Assembly: GCF_036971445.1 (NCBI RefSeq)
Contig: NC_091472.1
Span: 2,914,001 to 2,978,000, forward strand
Source of the DNA: Narcine bancroftii
Lineage: Eukaryota
Direction of reading: 5' to 3'
DNA: 64,000 nucleotides
In this document: positions 1 to 11,669 of the stretch, in pieces
How positions within the stretch are numbered: the first letter of the stretch is position 1
Layout: every line of letters starts with the position of its first letter
Notes under the pieces: generated by a model
Told to the model about the DNA's origin: nothing
Database searches by the model: none
Seen by the model: only the letters and a program-made list of their open reading frames with translations
Program-made: the position numbers and the translations under genes

Positions 1-360
1 ATAGATGTAGTAAGGTTTTTTGAGCTGGCCGGAGAAACAAAAATGAGAGGACACAGTCTCAAGATTCGGGGGAGTAGATTTAGGACAGAGATGAGGAAAA
101 ATAGTTTTTCCCAGAGAGTAGTGAATGTTTGGAATTCTCTAACCAGGGAAGTGGTTGAGGCTGCCTCATTAAACATATTTAAAATTCGGTTAGATAAATT
201 TTTACATGATAGAGGAATTAGGGGATCTGGGGAGAAGGCAGGTACGTGGAGTTAGGTCATAAATTAGATCAGCCATGATTGTATTGAATGGTGAAACAGG
301 CTCAATCGGCCATTTTTGGCCTACTCCTGTTCCTACTTCCTATGTTCCTATGTTCCTATA
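1..360 (+). mobile_element. CR1 LINE 3' end
   Basis: RGHSLKI...FSQRVVNVWNSL C-terminal motif and (CCTATGTT)n tail; near-identical to ~30808-31165. Confidence 0.9.
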
Positions 361-458
361 AAGGGATGAACATTACGAAGGGAGCTAAAAGGATCCAGTC
401 CAAGCCAATGTTTCCTCTCTCTGCAAGCAACACAAGAAGACAACTTCAAATTTTGTGT

Positions 459-530
<72 letters not shown>
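459..530. repeat. (CT)n microsatellite
   Basis: Directly visible dinucleotide run. Confidence 0.95.
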
Positions 531-884
531 AAAGATCTTTTGGTTTCAGTTTACCAAACAAACTGAATTTTGTTTATGATCTTTGCTTCAGTTGAGATCG
601 AAGTTTTGAGTCTTGTGTGTTTTGTGTTGGTTTTGTGTCTAAGTTTTTCTGTGGGCTGGTTGGAAATATAACTTAGACTTTAATTACATATGTTATATTT
701 AGGCTGGGGAAATTATTCATTTTACACTGTTATAGAGATTTGCATTGTTATAAAAGTGGACATTGTTATAAAAGGGGGGATTTTGAATTAAAGTTTGAAG
801 GTGAATTTTTGTTAATGAAGTAATTGTTCATCTTTACCCCTGTGAGATCTGCCTTCTTTGTGATTGCTGGTTTGATCTTGTAAC

Positions 885-1020
885 AGCTGTGGCCCCACAC
901 AACGAGCTGATCGCTCTCCCTCCTGTGCATCCGGGCATCTGCCGGTGACCGTGGTGTCATCTGCAAATCCGTACATGGCATTTGTATCGAGCCCAGTCAC
1001 ACCGTCATGGGTGTAGAGAG
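885..1020 (-). mobile_element. Rex1/Babar-like LINE RT fragment
   Basis: Minus strand reads YTHD...MYGFADDTTVTGR, the same motif as the 9620-10350 copy. Confidence 0.6.
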
Positions 1021-1166
1021 AGTAGATTAAGTTGCAGATTCAGATGTAAATGTGATTTTAATCTCAGAAACAAGGAAGTCTTTGCTGTTTCCTGAGACCC
1101 CAGGTCATGAATGTCTTTACATTGACATATTCTGGATTTTAAGTTCTTGATATTCTCCCTTCTCAG

Positions 1167-1511
1167 GTGTGAACGTTCCTGTCCTGATCCAATCCCCAAG
1201 CCTGGAGCGCATCACTGAGGGCCACACAGCACGGTTATGCTGTGCCATGCAAAATGCCTGGCTGGAAAAAACTGACGTCCACTGGTACCGAGAACTACCC
1301 GGGCAGGGGATGGAGTGGGTTTTAACCCACGAGGCAGGAGGCGCCACACGAAGACGGGCAAATTCTCCTGAGCGGTTTGAACCCTCCAGGGACGTCTCCA
1401 ACAGCAGCTTCATCCTGATGGTCTCAGATGTGGAGCCCGGTGATTCTGCCGTATATTACTGCGTCGTGTGGGGAGATATCAGTGGGAACGGAACCCGGCT
1501 CATAGTGACCG
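1167..1511 (+). CDS. IgSF receptor exon: V domain 1 (germline-joined VJ type)
   Basis: Acceptor ttctcccttctcAG|GT GTG AAC and donor ACC G|GTGAGT; phase 1-1, 345 nt. Translation has V-set hallmarks: LIQSP, RLCC (B-strand Cys), VHWYR, DSAVYYC, and J-like SGNGTRLIVT. Confidence 0.93.
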
Positions 1512-1994
1512 GTGAGTACATTTTGTTTTATTCACCAGCGTGTCACTACGTTGGGTATAATTCCCACACCATTCCCTTCCCTTGGATAGTCACATACTGG
1601 GGGTGTGCAGTGAAGAGTGACCTCTCTGGGACACAATACAAACCACTCAGGGACAGGTGCTGAACATCGAGGTGGTAACTGGTCGTCTGCTCTGTTTGAA
1701 AAATTTGCATTTGGAAAATAAATTTCAAAATTGAGTGTGTTATTTCACGTGGAGAACATTGGAAATATTGTTCAGTGCTCAGAGTGATAGCTGGGTACTG
1801 TTGGGGGACGGGGGTCAGTGAAGATCGACAAGACGGAGACTTGTGTTTGTCCTGGCTTTAGATGAACCAATTCCACCATCTCAGTTAAACGATGTAATGT
1901 TGAATCACGAGTGATGGACATTTCAGAGAGAATCCCACCACCCAGCCCGTGCAGAAAGGTCAGGGATCACGACAGGCCGGGAAGAAACCATACG

Positions 1995-2130
1995 CAGCAC
2001 GGTGAGAGTAGTGGTTAGAGCGTCCTTGACCCAGGTTCAAATCCCACGCTGTCTGTAAGGAGTTTTCACGTTCTCCCCGTGTCTGTATGAGTTTTTCCTG
2101 GATACTCCAGTTCCCACTCACCCTTCAAAC
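1995..2130 (+). mobile_element. tRNA-derived SINE (HE1/V-SINE-like)
   Basis: B-box-like GGTTCAAATCC followed by core TCTGTAAGGAGTTT..CGTTCTCCCCGTGTCTG. Related copies at ~28380-28530(-), 29620-29850(+), 31685-31915(+), 47635-47800(+), 54610-54690(-), 56970-57135(+). Confidence 0.7.
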
Positions 2131-2204
2131 TGTACAAAAGTAAGGAAATGTCTTTGATTCATTGATCATTCAGGAATCTAATGGCAGCGTACGTCCCAAG
2201 GTAT

Positions 2205-2870
2205 AAATCCTTACCTGTTTAACCTTTCCCTATAGCTCAGTTCCTGAAGTCTGGACAACATCCTAGTAAATCTTCTCTGCACTCTTTCTATCTTATTGAT
2301 ATCTTTCCTGGAGCTTGGTGACCAAAACTGCACACACTACTCCAAATTTGGGCTCACAATTGTCTTACACAACTTTACCATAACATCCCAACTTCTGGAC
2401 TTAATACTTTCATTTATGAAGGCCATTATTCCAAAAGATCTCTCTACAGCCCTGTTCACCTGTGTTGCTACTTTGAGGGAATTATGATTCTGTATTCCCA
2501 GATCCCTCTCAGTTCTACCGCACTCTTCAGTGCCCGACCAATCATTTCTGGGTTTGTATGTCCTTTCTTGGTTTGTCCTTCCAAAATGCAACACCTCACA
2601 CTTGTCTGCATTGAATTCCATCTGCCATTTGTCAGCCCATTTTTCCGGCTCGTCCAATCCCTCTCCAAGCTTTGAAAACCTTCCTCGCTGTCCACAACGC
2701 TTCCAATCTTAGTGTCATCTGTAAACTTGCTGATCCAATTTACCATCTTATCATCTGAGCATTGACATAGTTGACCAACATCAATGGTCCTAGCGCCAAC
2801 CCCTGAGGCAACACCACTAGTCACAGGCCTCCAATCAGAGAGGCAATCCTCTCCTACCGCTCTCGAGCTT
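2205..2870 (-). mobile_element. CR1 LINE RT fragment
   Basis: WRPVTSGV, KFTDDTKIG and KWQMEFNADKCEVLHFG motifs across frameshifted ORFs. Confidence 0.9.
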
Positions 2871-4678
2871 CTCCTACAAATCCAATTTACCAGCACATTA
2901 TGGGACTGAAAGGCAGCCCCTGTGGTCTCCTCTACATCAGAGAGACTAGACGCAGACTGGGAGATTGCTTTGTTGAACACCTTAGCTCTGTCCTCTGTAA
3001 TAATGTGGATCTCCCAGTCTGCATCTGGCCTACTGCAGGGCGCAAACTCTGTACCTGCAGAAGAGCATGGGGACAAGACAATTCCTGGCCGATGGAGATG
3101 CAGAGGGTGGTGAATTTATGGAATTTGTTGCCACAGGTGTTTGTGGAGGCCAGGTCATTGGATGTATTTAAGGCAGAGATTGACAGGATCTTTATTAGCC
3201 AGGGTATCAAAGGTTATGGGGAATAGGCCGGGCTGTGGGGCTGAGTAGAAGAATGGATCAAGTTCATGATTGAATATCAGGGCAGTTATGATGGGCTGAA
3301 TGGCCTATTTCTGCTCCTAAGCCTTATGGTTATATGGTTATTGGCTTAGGAAACGTGTCACAGCAGAGGTCGGAGGCAACATTACAGATGGGCTGGGTAG
3401 TGAGTCTATACAGGTGGAGCTGAGGAAGAAGAAAGGCATGTTCTCCTCATTGGGAGTGCATGACAGGTCCCCAAGTAACTCAACGGGAGTTAGAGGAGCA
3501 AATATGTGGAGCATTGGTTTGGAGGTCAATCCACAGGACAATAAGAGTGGCAGAGAGGTTTCTCTCCCTCCCCACCATCTCCCGGGATCGTTGTCTGAAG
3601 AATGTGCGCAAAATCATTGAGGACCCCTTCCACCCTGCGATCCAGGAGGATCAGAGCCAGACCCACCAGGCTGAGGAACAGCTTCTTCCACGGGCAGCGA
3701 GGATGGTGAACGAGCAAAGGAACCACTCACACTGACCACCCGAGACTCTCAAATTCACAAAACAATATTTATCTATTTATGATTAAGATGAAATTCTTGT
3801 CCTGCATCTGTATTGTTTGTCTGTATGTGTGTTATATTTGGTTGTGTGTCTGTGTGTTTTGCACCGAGGACCGGAGAACGCTTTTTCGTCAGATTGTACT
3901 TGATGTACAATCAGATGACAATAAACTTGACTTTGTTGGCAGCCTTGAAAAACTCTACAGAATTGGTTGGTACAACCTTCCACCACAGAAAATCACATTG
4001 ATTAGCCTTAATCAATCCTTGTCTCTCCCACTACTGCTATCCAGTCTCTGAGAACACTTTCCAGCAACGTACCCACCACAGACATCAGGTTCACCAGCCT
4101 GTACTGGTGAACCCACGGTCAGGCAAGGCTCTTGGCTGTTTCTTACCTGCCCTATCATACTTCTGTGGTCTTCCCCGCATTCCACCACGATTCCAGTACA
4201 GCGATCCCTCGCTGTCTCTGTCCTTGGAAGCACATGCGTGTTGGTCGTCCCCGGATTCCATTCCTCAGGAAGAGTCTCCAGGTGGTCGGGAAAGCGCATT
4301 GGAGCAGAAACAGCTTCCATCCTAGTAGCTATGATATTAGTTTATTAAATTGTACTGACAATAACCATACCAGCAGTGTGAGTATAAGACTGCTTTAATA
4401 AACTAATATGGACACTAAGAAGGTCTTGTCTCTCTGCAAGATGAACCTGGAAGGCTAGACTGTAGCTCTGGACTGCTTTATAGACAAGGTCACCGGGATG
4501 ACCCCTGGTGACTTAGTGGTGTAATTACAGATCACCACAAAGTCATTTCGTGTGATTCACTGAAAGAACCAGAATCCACAACTTCAAACAATTAGATGCT
4601 TTACAGCAAAGGTGCAGGTGGATGTCCAGAGTAGTGGAGGCTGGAACATTAGGGGTCTTTAAGAGTCTCTTTGACAGA

Positions 4679-5305
4679 TACTGCCATCCGTGCGGTACCG
4701 GTGTAAACAGCGTCTTCATTGTTGAGGTCTTTCATGGCTTGTTTCAGCATCATGCTGAAGAAGATAGTAAAGAGGGTTGGTTCGAGGACTCAGCCTTGCT
4801 TCACGCTGTTGTCAATGGAGAAGAGTCCGCAAGCATCGAATCCACGCTGCTGAAGACCTAACTGCGCTGGGTGGGTCACATCTCCAGAATGGAGGACCAT
4901 CACCTTCCCAAGATAGTGTTATATGGCGAGCTCTCCACTGGCCACTGAGACAGAAGTAAACCAAAGAAGAGGTACAAGGATTGCTTAAAGAAATCTCTTG
5001 GTGCCTGCCACATTGACCACCACCAGTGGGCTGATATTGCCTTCAACCGTGCATCTTGGCGCCTCACAGTTCAACAGGAAGCAACCTCCTTTGAAGAAGA
5101 CCGCAGAGCCCACCTCACTGACAAAAGGCAAAGGAGGAAAAACCCAACACCCAACCCCAACCCACCAATTTTCCCTTGCAAACGTTGCAACTGTGCATGC
5201 ATGTCCCGCATCGGACTTGTCAGTCACCAACGAGCCTGCAGCAGATGTGGACATACCCCTCCATAAATCTTGGTCCGCGAAGCCAAGCCAAAGAAGAAAG
5301 AAAGA
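4679..5305 (+). mobile_element. RTE-clade LINE, 5'-truncated with inverted 5' piece
   Basis: 4825-5305 (+) encodes SIESTLLK..LRWVGHISRMEDH and ends in a GAA-rich tail. 4679-4825 is an upstream RT piece in the opposite orientation, matching ~61368-61512. Confidence 0.8.
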
Positions 5306-6739
5306 TGAGACAGGTATATGGATAGAAGAAAAGTAAAGGGTTGCGGGGTGGGGAGGGTTTTGTATTTTTTAAAGAATATATGGGGCAGCACAACATTGAG
5401 GGCCAAAGGGCCTGTACTATGCTGTCGTGCTCTATGTTCTATTTTCTAATCCACACTCGCCAGATGCTTTCTGATGCCATCAAAGTGGCCTTTGTCCAAT
5501 ATGGAAACCGAGCTTGAGGACCAGACCTATCCTGGTCCCTTCTTACCTTGAAGCTCATTGTATTATATAACTCCTGGACCCAAAGTGATTCCTTCTGTGC
5601 CGCTGGTACAGATCCAGGGGAGCGGAAACCCAGCACTGCTCTGAAGGGTTCAAACACCCAGTCCTAATAACGGCCGCTCCGTACAGGCTTTAAACATCTT
5701 GTTCAAGGAGCCGACAGTGTGTATGAGTAAAATCCTGCCACCGCGACGTCTGTGACCAAGATGGCGGGGCCAGTGCTCATCAGAACCTGCGAGGGGTTTG
5801 CAGACTCGGATGGAGCAGGGCAGGGCACCAGAAACAGGAAGAACGCTCCCCCCGCCCTCCACCACCTCGTTGAGAAGGAGAAGAGGAGACGATCGTACAG
5901 GGAAGGTGACTAAGGTGATGAACCAACGAGGGGCTCACGGGCTGAAGGCTCCCTGATCGTGTCCGAGGTACGGATCTGGAGCTCGGGTTGGTGACGGATC
6001 GAACAGGAGTCTGTGCGGCTGCGGAGGCTGCGGGAGGTGAATCCGGCAACACACAATGTCTCTGAAGGGCCTCTCGTTTGCTTCTCCTCCGATGGTTCAG
6101 GCACCAGGCAACGCTCATGGTGAGTTGTTCTTGTCTGATCATGGTGAATGTTAAAGTATATCATGTATTTTACATTTTTCATGTATTATTACACGACAAA
6201 AAAGGAACTGCGCACCTTGGATGCACCTGACCTTGGCTGCCCACCCCACGGGACCCCCAACACCACGGCCACTCACAGCCACACCGACCTTGACCCTCTA
6301 CTCACCGGAGATGCAGGAGAAGATACTGGAACCTCCCTCGCTGACCCACACCACGTGGCTCCCGACAAAACTTTCACCGGAGTCCTGATCTTGCTATTGG
6401 ATCCCCCTCACTACGCCTTCCCATTCCTCCCACTCCCCATCTCCCCCTCTTTACCCCCCTCCTCCCAACCCCCCAACCCTCCAACCTGATCTCTTCCCCA
6501 CCCCCTAGCTTCTCTGGATACCTCCACTACCATCCTCTCCTCTCCTCTGACCTCCCCAACCCCCTCCACCTCCCTCCAACTTCCCTCACCTTTCACCTCC
6601 ACCCTCGGACCTCCCCAACCCTCCTCCTCCCCCTTCCCCCAACACCTTCAACAACACTGATCCCCACTCTAACCCTGCTTGACTTTTACCATCCCCTCCC
6701 TGAGACAGAATGCTCAGTCCTTAATAGAGGACTCACCTC

Positions 6740-7830
6740 CATCCCCCTCCACTCACTCCTCAATGAATTCCATGCATGCTGTGATGTCTTCCAGTCCAGA
6801 TCTTCTGAAATGGGTGCCTTCTTCCACAAACGTGGTTCCTCTCCACCTCCATCAACAGCCCTCACCCGTATCTCCTCCATTTCCCACTCATCTGCCTTGG
6901 CCCCCTCTGCACCCAGGCACAACCAACACAGAATCCCCCTCACCCTCCCCTACCTCCCCACCATCCTCCACATCCAACACATCATCCACCGGAATTTCCG
7001 GCACTTACTGCAAGATCCCCCCACCAGATACATCTTCCCCTCTCCTCCCCTTTCGGCCTTCCACAGGGACCGCTCCCTCCACGATTCCCTCGGGCACTCA
7101 TCCCTCCCCAACCGTCGCATCTCCAGCACCTTCTCCTTGGCCCACAGGAGGTGCAACGCTTGCGCCCACACCTCCTCCCTCACCCTGGTCCAGGGCCCCA
7201 AACAGGCCTCTCTCATGAAGAAACACTTCACCTGTATGTCCAGAGGACTGATTTACTGCATCTGGTGCTCCCTCTGCAGCCTTCTCTACATCGGAGAGAC
7301 TGTCCGCAGACTAGGAGATCGCTTCCCTCAGCAACTCCTCTCCGTCCACAACCACAACGACCTCCCAGTGGCCAACCGCTTCAATTCTGGGTCAATCTCC
7401 CATGCTCACATGTCTGTCCATAGCCTTGTGTACTGTCCCACCCTGACCACCTGCAGATTGGAGGAACAACCCCTTATTTTCTGTCTGGGCCTCCTCCAGC
7501 CACATGGCATGAACATTGACTTCACTGCTTCCCATTAAACCTGCTGCCTTTTCTTCCCATTTCCTGCCTTCCAGTTCTTCCACCTACTCAGCTCCATCAT
7601 CCCCCCTCCCCGAGTGCTACTGTCCCCTCTCCCTTCTCCACTTATCATCTCCTGTTCTGCCCGCACCCCCCCCCAACCTCACGCTCTTCTATTCAGATGC
7701 TCACCAGCATTTTCTCATACGTTGATGAAGGGCTCAAGCCCGAAATGTCGGTTCTGTGTCTTTGCCCTTTGCTACATAAAGGTCACGGTTTAACCTGGCG
7801 AGTTTCTCCAGCATTTTGTGTCTTTACCTA
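6740..7830 (+). mobile_element. Penelope-like element fragment (GIY-YIG endonuclease region)
   Basis: ORF 6810-7538 contains GLIYCIWCSLCSLLYIGETVRRLGDRF...PHGMNIDF. Smaller related fragments at ~2905-3025, 47040-47230 and 48290-48765. Confidence 0.85.
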
Positions 7831-8074
7831 CTCCTTGGTTCATTCTCTGATGGCAGATCCAGCATTACACTCTCTCTCATTGGAAACGATAGATGGATTT
7901 AGGAAACGTTCCTGAACACATTTGATAAACTCTAGCCGATCCACCCCTTTCACAGCGTGGGTGGCCCAGTCAAGATTCAACATCCAATTTACTGTCATGT
8001 AATAAGGCAGTTCAGTATTCCACAGAATTTGCTTTTCCACCCACCTGCCCTTTCCCCATATCCCTTAATTCCTT

Positions 8075-8665
8075 TTGTATGTAAGAGCAGGGAAGAGATG
8101 TCGAGGCTTTATAAGGCCCTGATGGGACCTCACGTGGAGATTGTGAACCGTTTTGGGCTCCTCATTGAAGAAAGGATGTGCTGACGTTGGAGAGGGATCA
8201 GAGGAGGTTCACGGGATGATTCTGGGAATGAAAGGGTTAATATATGTGGAGTGTTTGACAGATTCTGGCCTGGACTTGTTGGAATTTAGGAGAATGAGGA
8301 AGGTTCTCTTTGAAACATTTTGACTGTCGAAAGGCGTGGACAGAGTTGATGTAGAAAGGTTGTTTCCCACGGTGAGAGAGTCTAGGACAAGAGGGCACAA
8401 CGTCAGGATTAAAAGTGTCCACTCGCAACAGAGATGTGGAGGAATTTCTTCAGTCCGAGGGAGGTGAATCTGGAATTTGTGGCCACCTGTGGATGTGGAG
8501 GCAGGATTATTGGGTGTATTTAAGGCAGAGATTGACAAGTTACTGATGAGCCAGGGTATCAAAGGTAATAGGGAGAAGGGCCGGGCAGTGCGGCCGAGTG
8601 GGAGAATGGATCAGCTCGTGATTGAATGACAGGGCAAACTTCTGGCCTATTTATGCTCCTATGTC
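8075..8665 (+). mobile_element. Degenerate CR1 3' fragment ending just upstream of the V2 acceptor
   Basis: RLYKALMGPHVE and RTRGH-type motifs; tail GGCCTATTTATGCTCCTATGTC. Confidence 0.75.
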
Positions 8666-8693
8666 TGATGGCGTTCTCCATGCTCATACACAG

Positions 8694-9041
8694 ATCCACT
8701 GGATGATCCGGTCCTTACACAATATCCAGCAGTCAGCCAGGTGCCGGAGGGTGTAACTGTCCAGATGCAATGCACCTTGGACAAAGCCAATGTGAGCAAC
8801 ACTGATGTCCACTGGTACTGGCAGCGACCTGGGCACAGGAGACGGTGGGCGATGAGCCACTTTGTCAATGAGAAGGTTACAAAGTCTTTCAGAATCTCTG
8901 ATCGTTTCCAGCCTTTCAGGAATGTGACAAGTAACAGTTACGTTCTGAATATCGCCAATGCCTCCATCAACGACACTGCTACGTACAACTGCAGTGTGTG
9001 GAATTACATCTATGGAGCAGGGACCCAACTCAATGTAACAG
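8694..9041 (+). CDS. IgSF receptor exon: V domain 2 (germline-joined VJ type, heavily N-glycosylated)
   Basis: Acceptor catacacAG|AT CCA and donor ACA G|GTAAGT; phase 1-1, 348 nt. Motifs: VLTQYP, MQC, VHWYWQRPG, DTATYNC, J-like YGAGTQLNVT. Confidence 0.93.
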
Positions 9042-9619
9042 GTAAGTCCGAGTCAGCTCACATTGACCGTCAGAATCAGAATTAGTACCAGAGATCATTA
9101 CAGCACAGAAACAGGCCATTCAGCCCCTCTAGTTTCTGCTGAACTCTTATTCTGCCTAATCCCTCAGTGCATTGCCCTCCATCCCTCGCCCATCCATGGA
9201 CCTGTCCAAATTCCTCTTGAATGCTAAAATTAATTCCATATCCACCACTTCAGCTGGCAGCTCATTCCACACCCCCACCCCTCTCTGTGTGAAGAAGTTC
9301 CCCTTAAACATTTCCCCTTTCACCCTTAACCCATGACCTCTGGTTGTATCTCACCCACCCTCAGTGGAAAAAGCCGACCTATATTTCCTCTGTCTGTCTC
9401 CATCATTTTAAACCCCTCGATCAAATCTCCCTGAATCTAATCTGCCAATTAGAATCTGAATTTGTTATAATGAATTCATTCTTTTGCAGACCCATTAGAG
9501 GTGCAAAAATTTCCGTAAAATATATTTTTATAGATAAATTAGTGGAAGAGAAAAGAGAAACCATATCTTTGGTTCATTGTCTATTCGGAAATTTGATGGC
9601 GGAGTGGAAGATTACTCCC

Positions 9620-10350
9620 TCAGTGCTGGTCAAGAAGCTACCAACTCCAGGCCTCTGTACCCCCCTCTGTAACTGGATCCTGTAACTGGATCCTTGACTT
9701 CCTCACCAGAAGACCGCAATCTGTAATAATTGGAAACAACGTCTCCTCCTCGCTAATCATTAACACAGGCCCACCCCAAGGATGCGTGCTTCGCCCACTG
9801 CTCTACTCATTATACACCCATGACTGTGTGGCCGGCCACAATTGCAAAGCCATCTACAAGTTGACTGATGACACCACGGTTGTCGGCAGAATCACAAACG
9901 GCAATGAGGAAGTGTCCAGGAGGGAGAGAGATCAGCTCGTTGAATGGTGTCACGATAACATTATGCTCAACATCAGCAAAACCAAGCAGATGATTGTGAA
10001 CTTCAGAAAAGTCAGGGGAACATGACCCAGTCCTCATCGAGGGCTCGGTAGTGGAGAAGGTCAAGAACTTCATCTCTGACGATCTGTCCCGGAGCCTCCG
10101 TGTTGATGCAATCATAAAGAAGGCTTGTCAACGGTTACACTTTGTTAGGTGTCTGAGTAGATTCGGGAGGTCACTGAAGACCCTTGGAAACTTCTACAGG
10201 TGGACTATGGAGAACCTTCTGGCTGGTTGCATCACTGTCTGGTATTGAGGTGTCAACGCTCCTGAGGGTTGGTAACTCAGCCTGCACCATCACAGGCACC
10301 AGATGTCACTCCACCGAGGACATCTACAAGAGGCAGGGTCTTAAGAAGGA
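9620..10350 (+). mobile_element. Rex1/Babar-like LINE RT fragment
   Basis: LCNWIL..., [48 protein letters not shown]. Confidence 0.8.
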
Positions 10351-10759
10351 CTTCGACTTACTTTAGCCAATTCCCTTTGTTCGTTACACAGGTCTGTGGG
10401 AGGCCCATCACCCCTGTGATATAGGTGCTTCCCGATCATACAATTAATTTGTTTGTATACACAATGTGACTTGACCAATCCTAAAAGAGAGTCCTCTCCC
10501 ATGTGACAAGCACCACCCTGTCAGCATTAACCTACTTCATTATGTGATTCATTCACGCAGCCAGGTTCCCCTTTCCCTCCAGAATTGTTCTTGTACATCA
10601 ACGGAATGGGGAAATTCCTGCAGGTGGAAAATTACCAGCAGGGCAGTGGTTGCCCAGCAATAAACATCACACCATTATCCCATTGCTCAGGTTACATTCT
10701 CGATTACATTGTACAGGTCTTACTTCTACAGTGTAGAATCTACACTGATACATTGTCCC

Positions 10760-11660
10760 ACTCAGCCACACTGCAAGGCATTCCAGGCCCCCACAATTCT
10801 CTGTCGAAAATACTTACCCCTGACGTCTCCCTTAAACTTCCCTCCCTTCACTTTGTACACACGTCCTCTAGTGTTTGCTGATCCTGCCCTGGGAAACAGG
10901 CGCTGGCCATCCACCCTATCTATGCCTCTCAGAATCTTGTAATAAGTCTCCTCTCATCCTTCTATGCTCCAAAGAGAAAAGTCCCAGCTCTGCTAACCTT
11001 GCCTCATGAGACTTGTTTCCAAATTCAGACAACATCCTGGTGAATCTCCTCTGCCCCCTCTCCACTGCTTCCACATCCTTCCTCTAATGAGGTGACCAGA
11101 ACTGAACACAATACTCTACATATGGTCTAACCAGAGATTTGTAAAGTTGCAACATGACCTCTCAACTCCTGAATTCAATCCTCTATTAATGAATCCCAGC
11201 ATCCCATAGCCCTTCATAACTATCCTATCAAGCTGTGCGGCGACCTTGAGGGATGTATGGATTTGAACTCCAAGGTCCTCTGTTCATTCACACTCTTAAC
11301 TAAATGACCAATAACCCTGGACTCAGCCTTCTGATTTGTCCATCCAAATTGCATCACCTCACACTTATCCAGATGGAAATCCATCTGCTATTTTTCCAAC
11401 CAACTCAGCATCCTGTCTACATCCTTTGTAACTTTCAACAACCTTCAGCTCCATCCACAACTCCTCCAACCTTCGATTCATCCACAAATTTACTGACCCA
11501 TCCTTCCGCCTCTTCATCCAGGTCATTTTTAAAAATCACAAAGAGCCAGGGGTCCCAGAACAGATCCCTGCGGCCCTTCCACTAGTCACCGACCTCCAGG
11601 CAGAAAACTTTCCTTCCACTACTACTCTCTGCTTTCTTCCTGCAAGTCAATTTTTTATCC
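10760..11660 (-). mobile_element. CR1 LINE 3' fragment
   Basis: Reverse-complement RT and C-terminal CR1 sequence; similar to 32750-33245 and 40500-41320. Confidence 0.75.
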
Positions 11661-11669
11661 ACAATTAGG

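Noticed and set aside
288-366. ORF MVKQAQSAIFGLLLFLLPMFLCSYKG as the signal peptide for the V1 exon
   Set aside because: It is the CR1 3' tail (CCTACTCCTG...CCTATGTT repeats), present almost identically at ~31095-31165. The real leader is probably upstream of the window.
1512-1663. C-terminal extension of ORF 1169-1663 (and of ORF 8741-9085) as coding sequence
   Set aside because: Lies after strong GTGAGT/GTAAGT donors at the domain boundary; most likely intron read-through.
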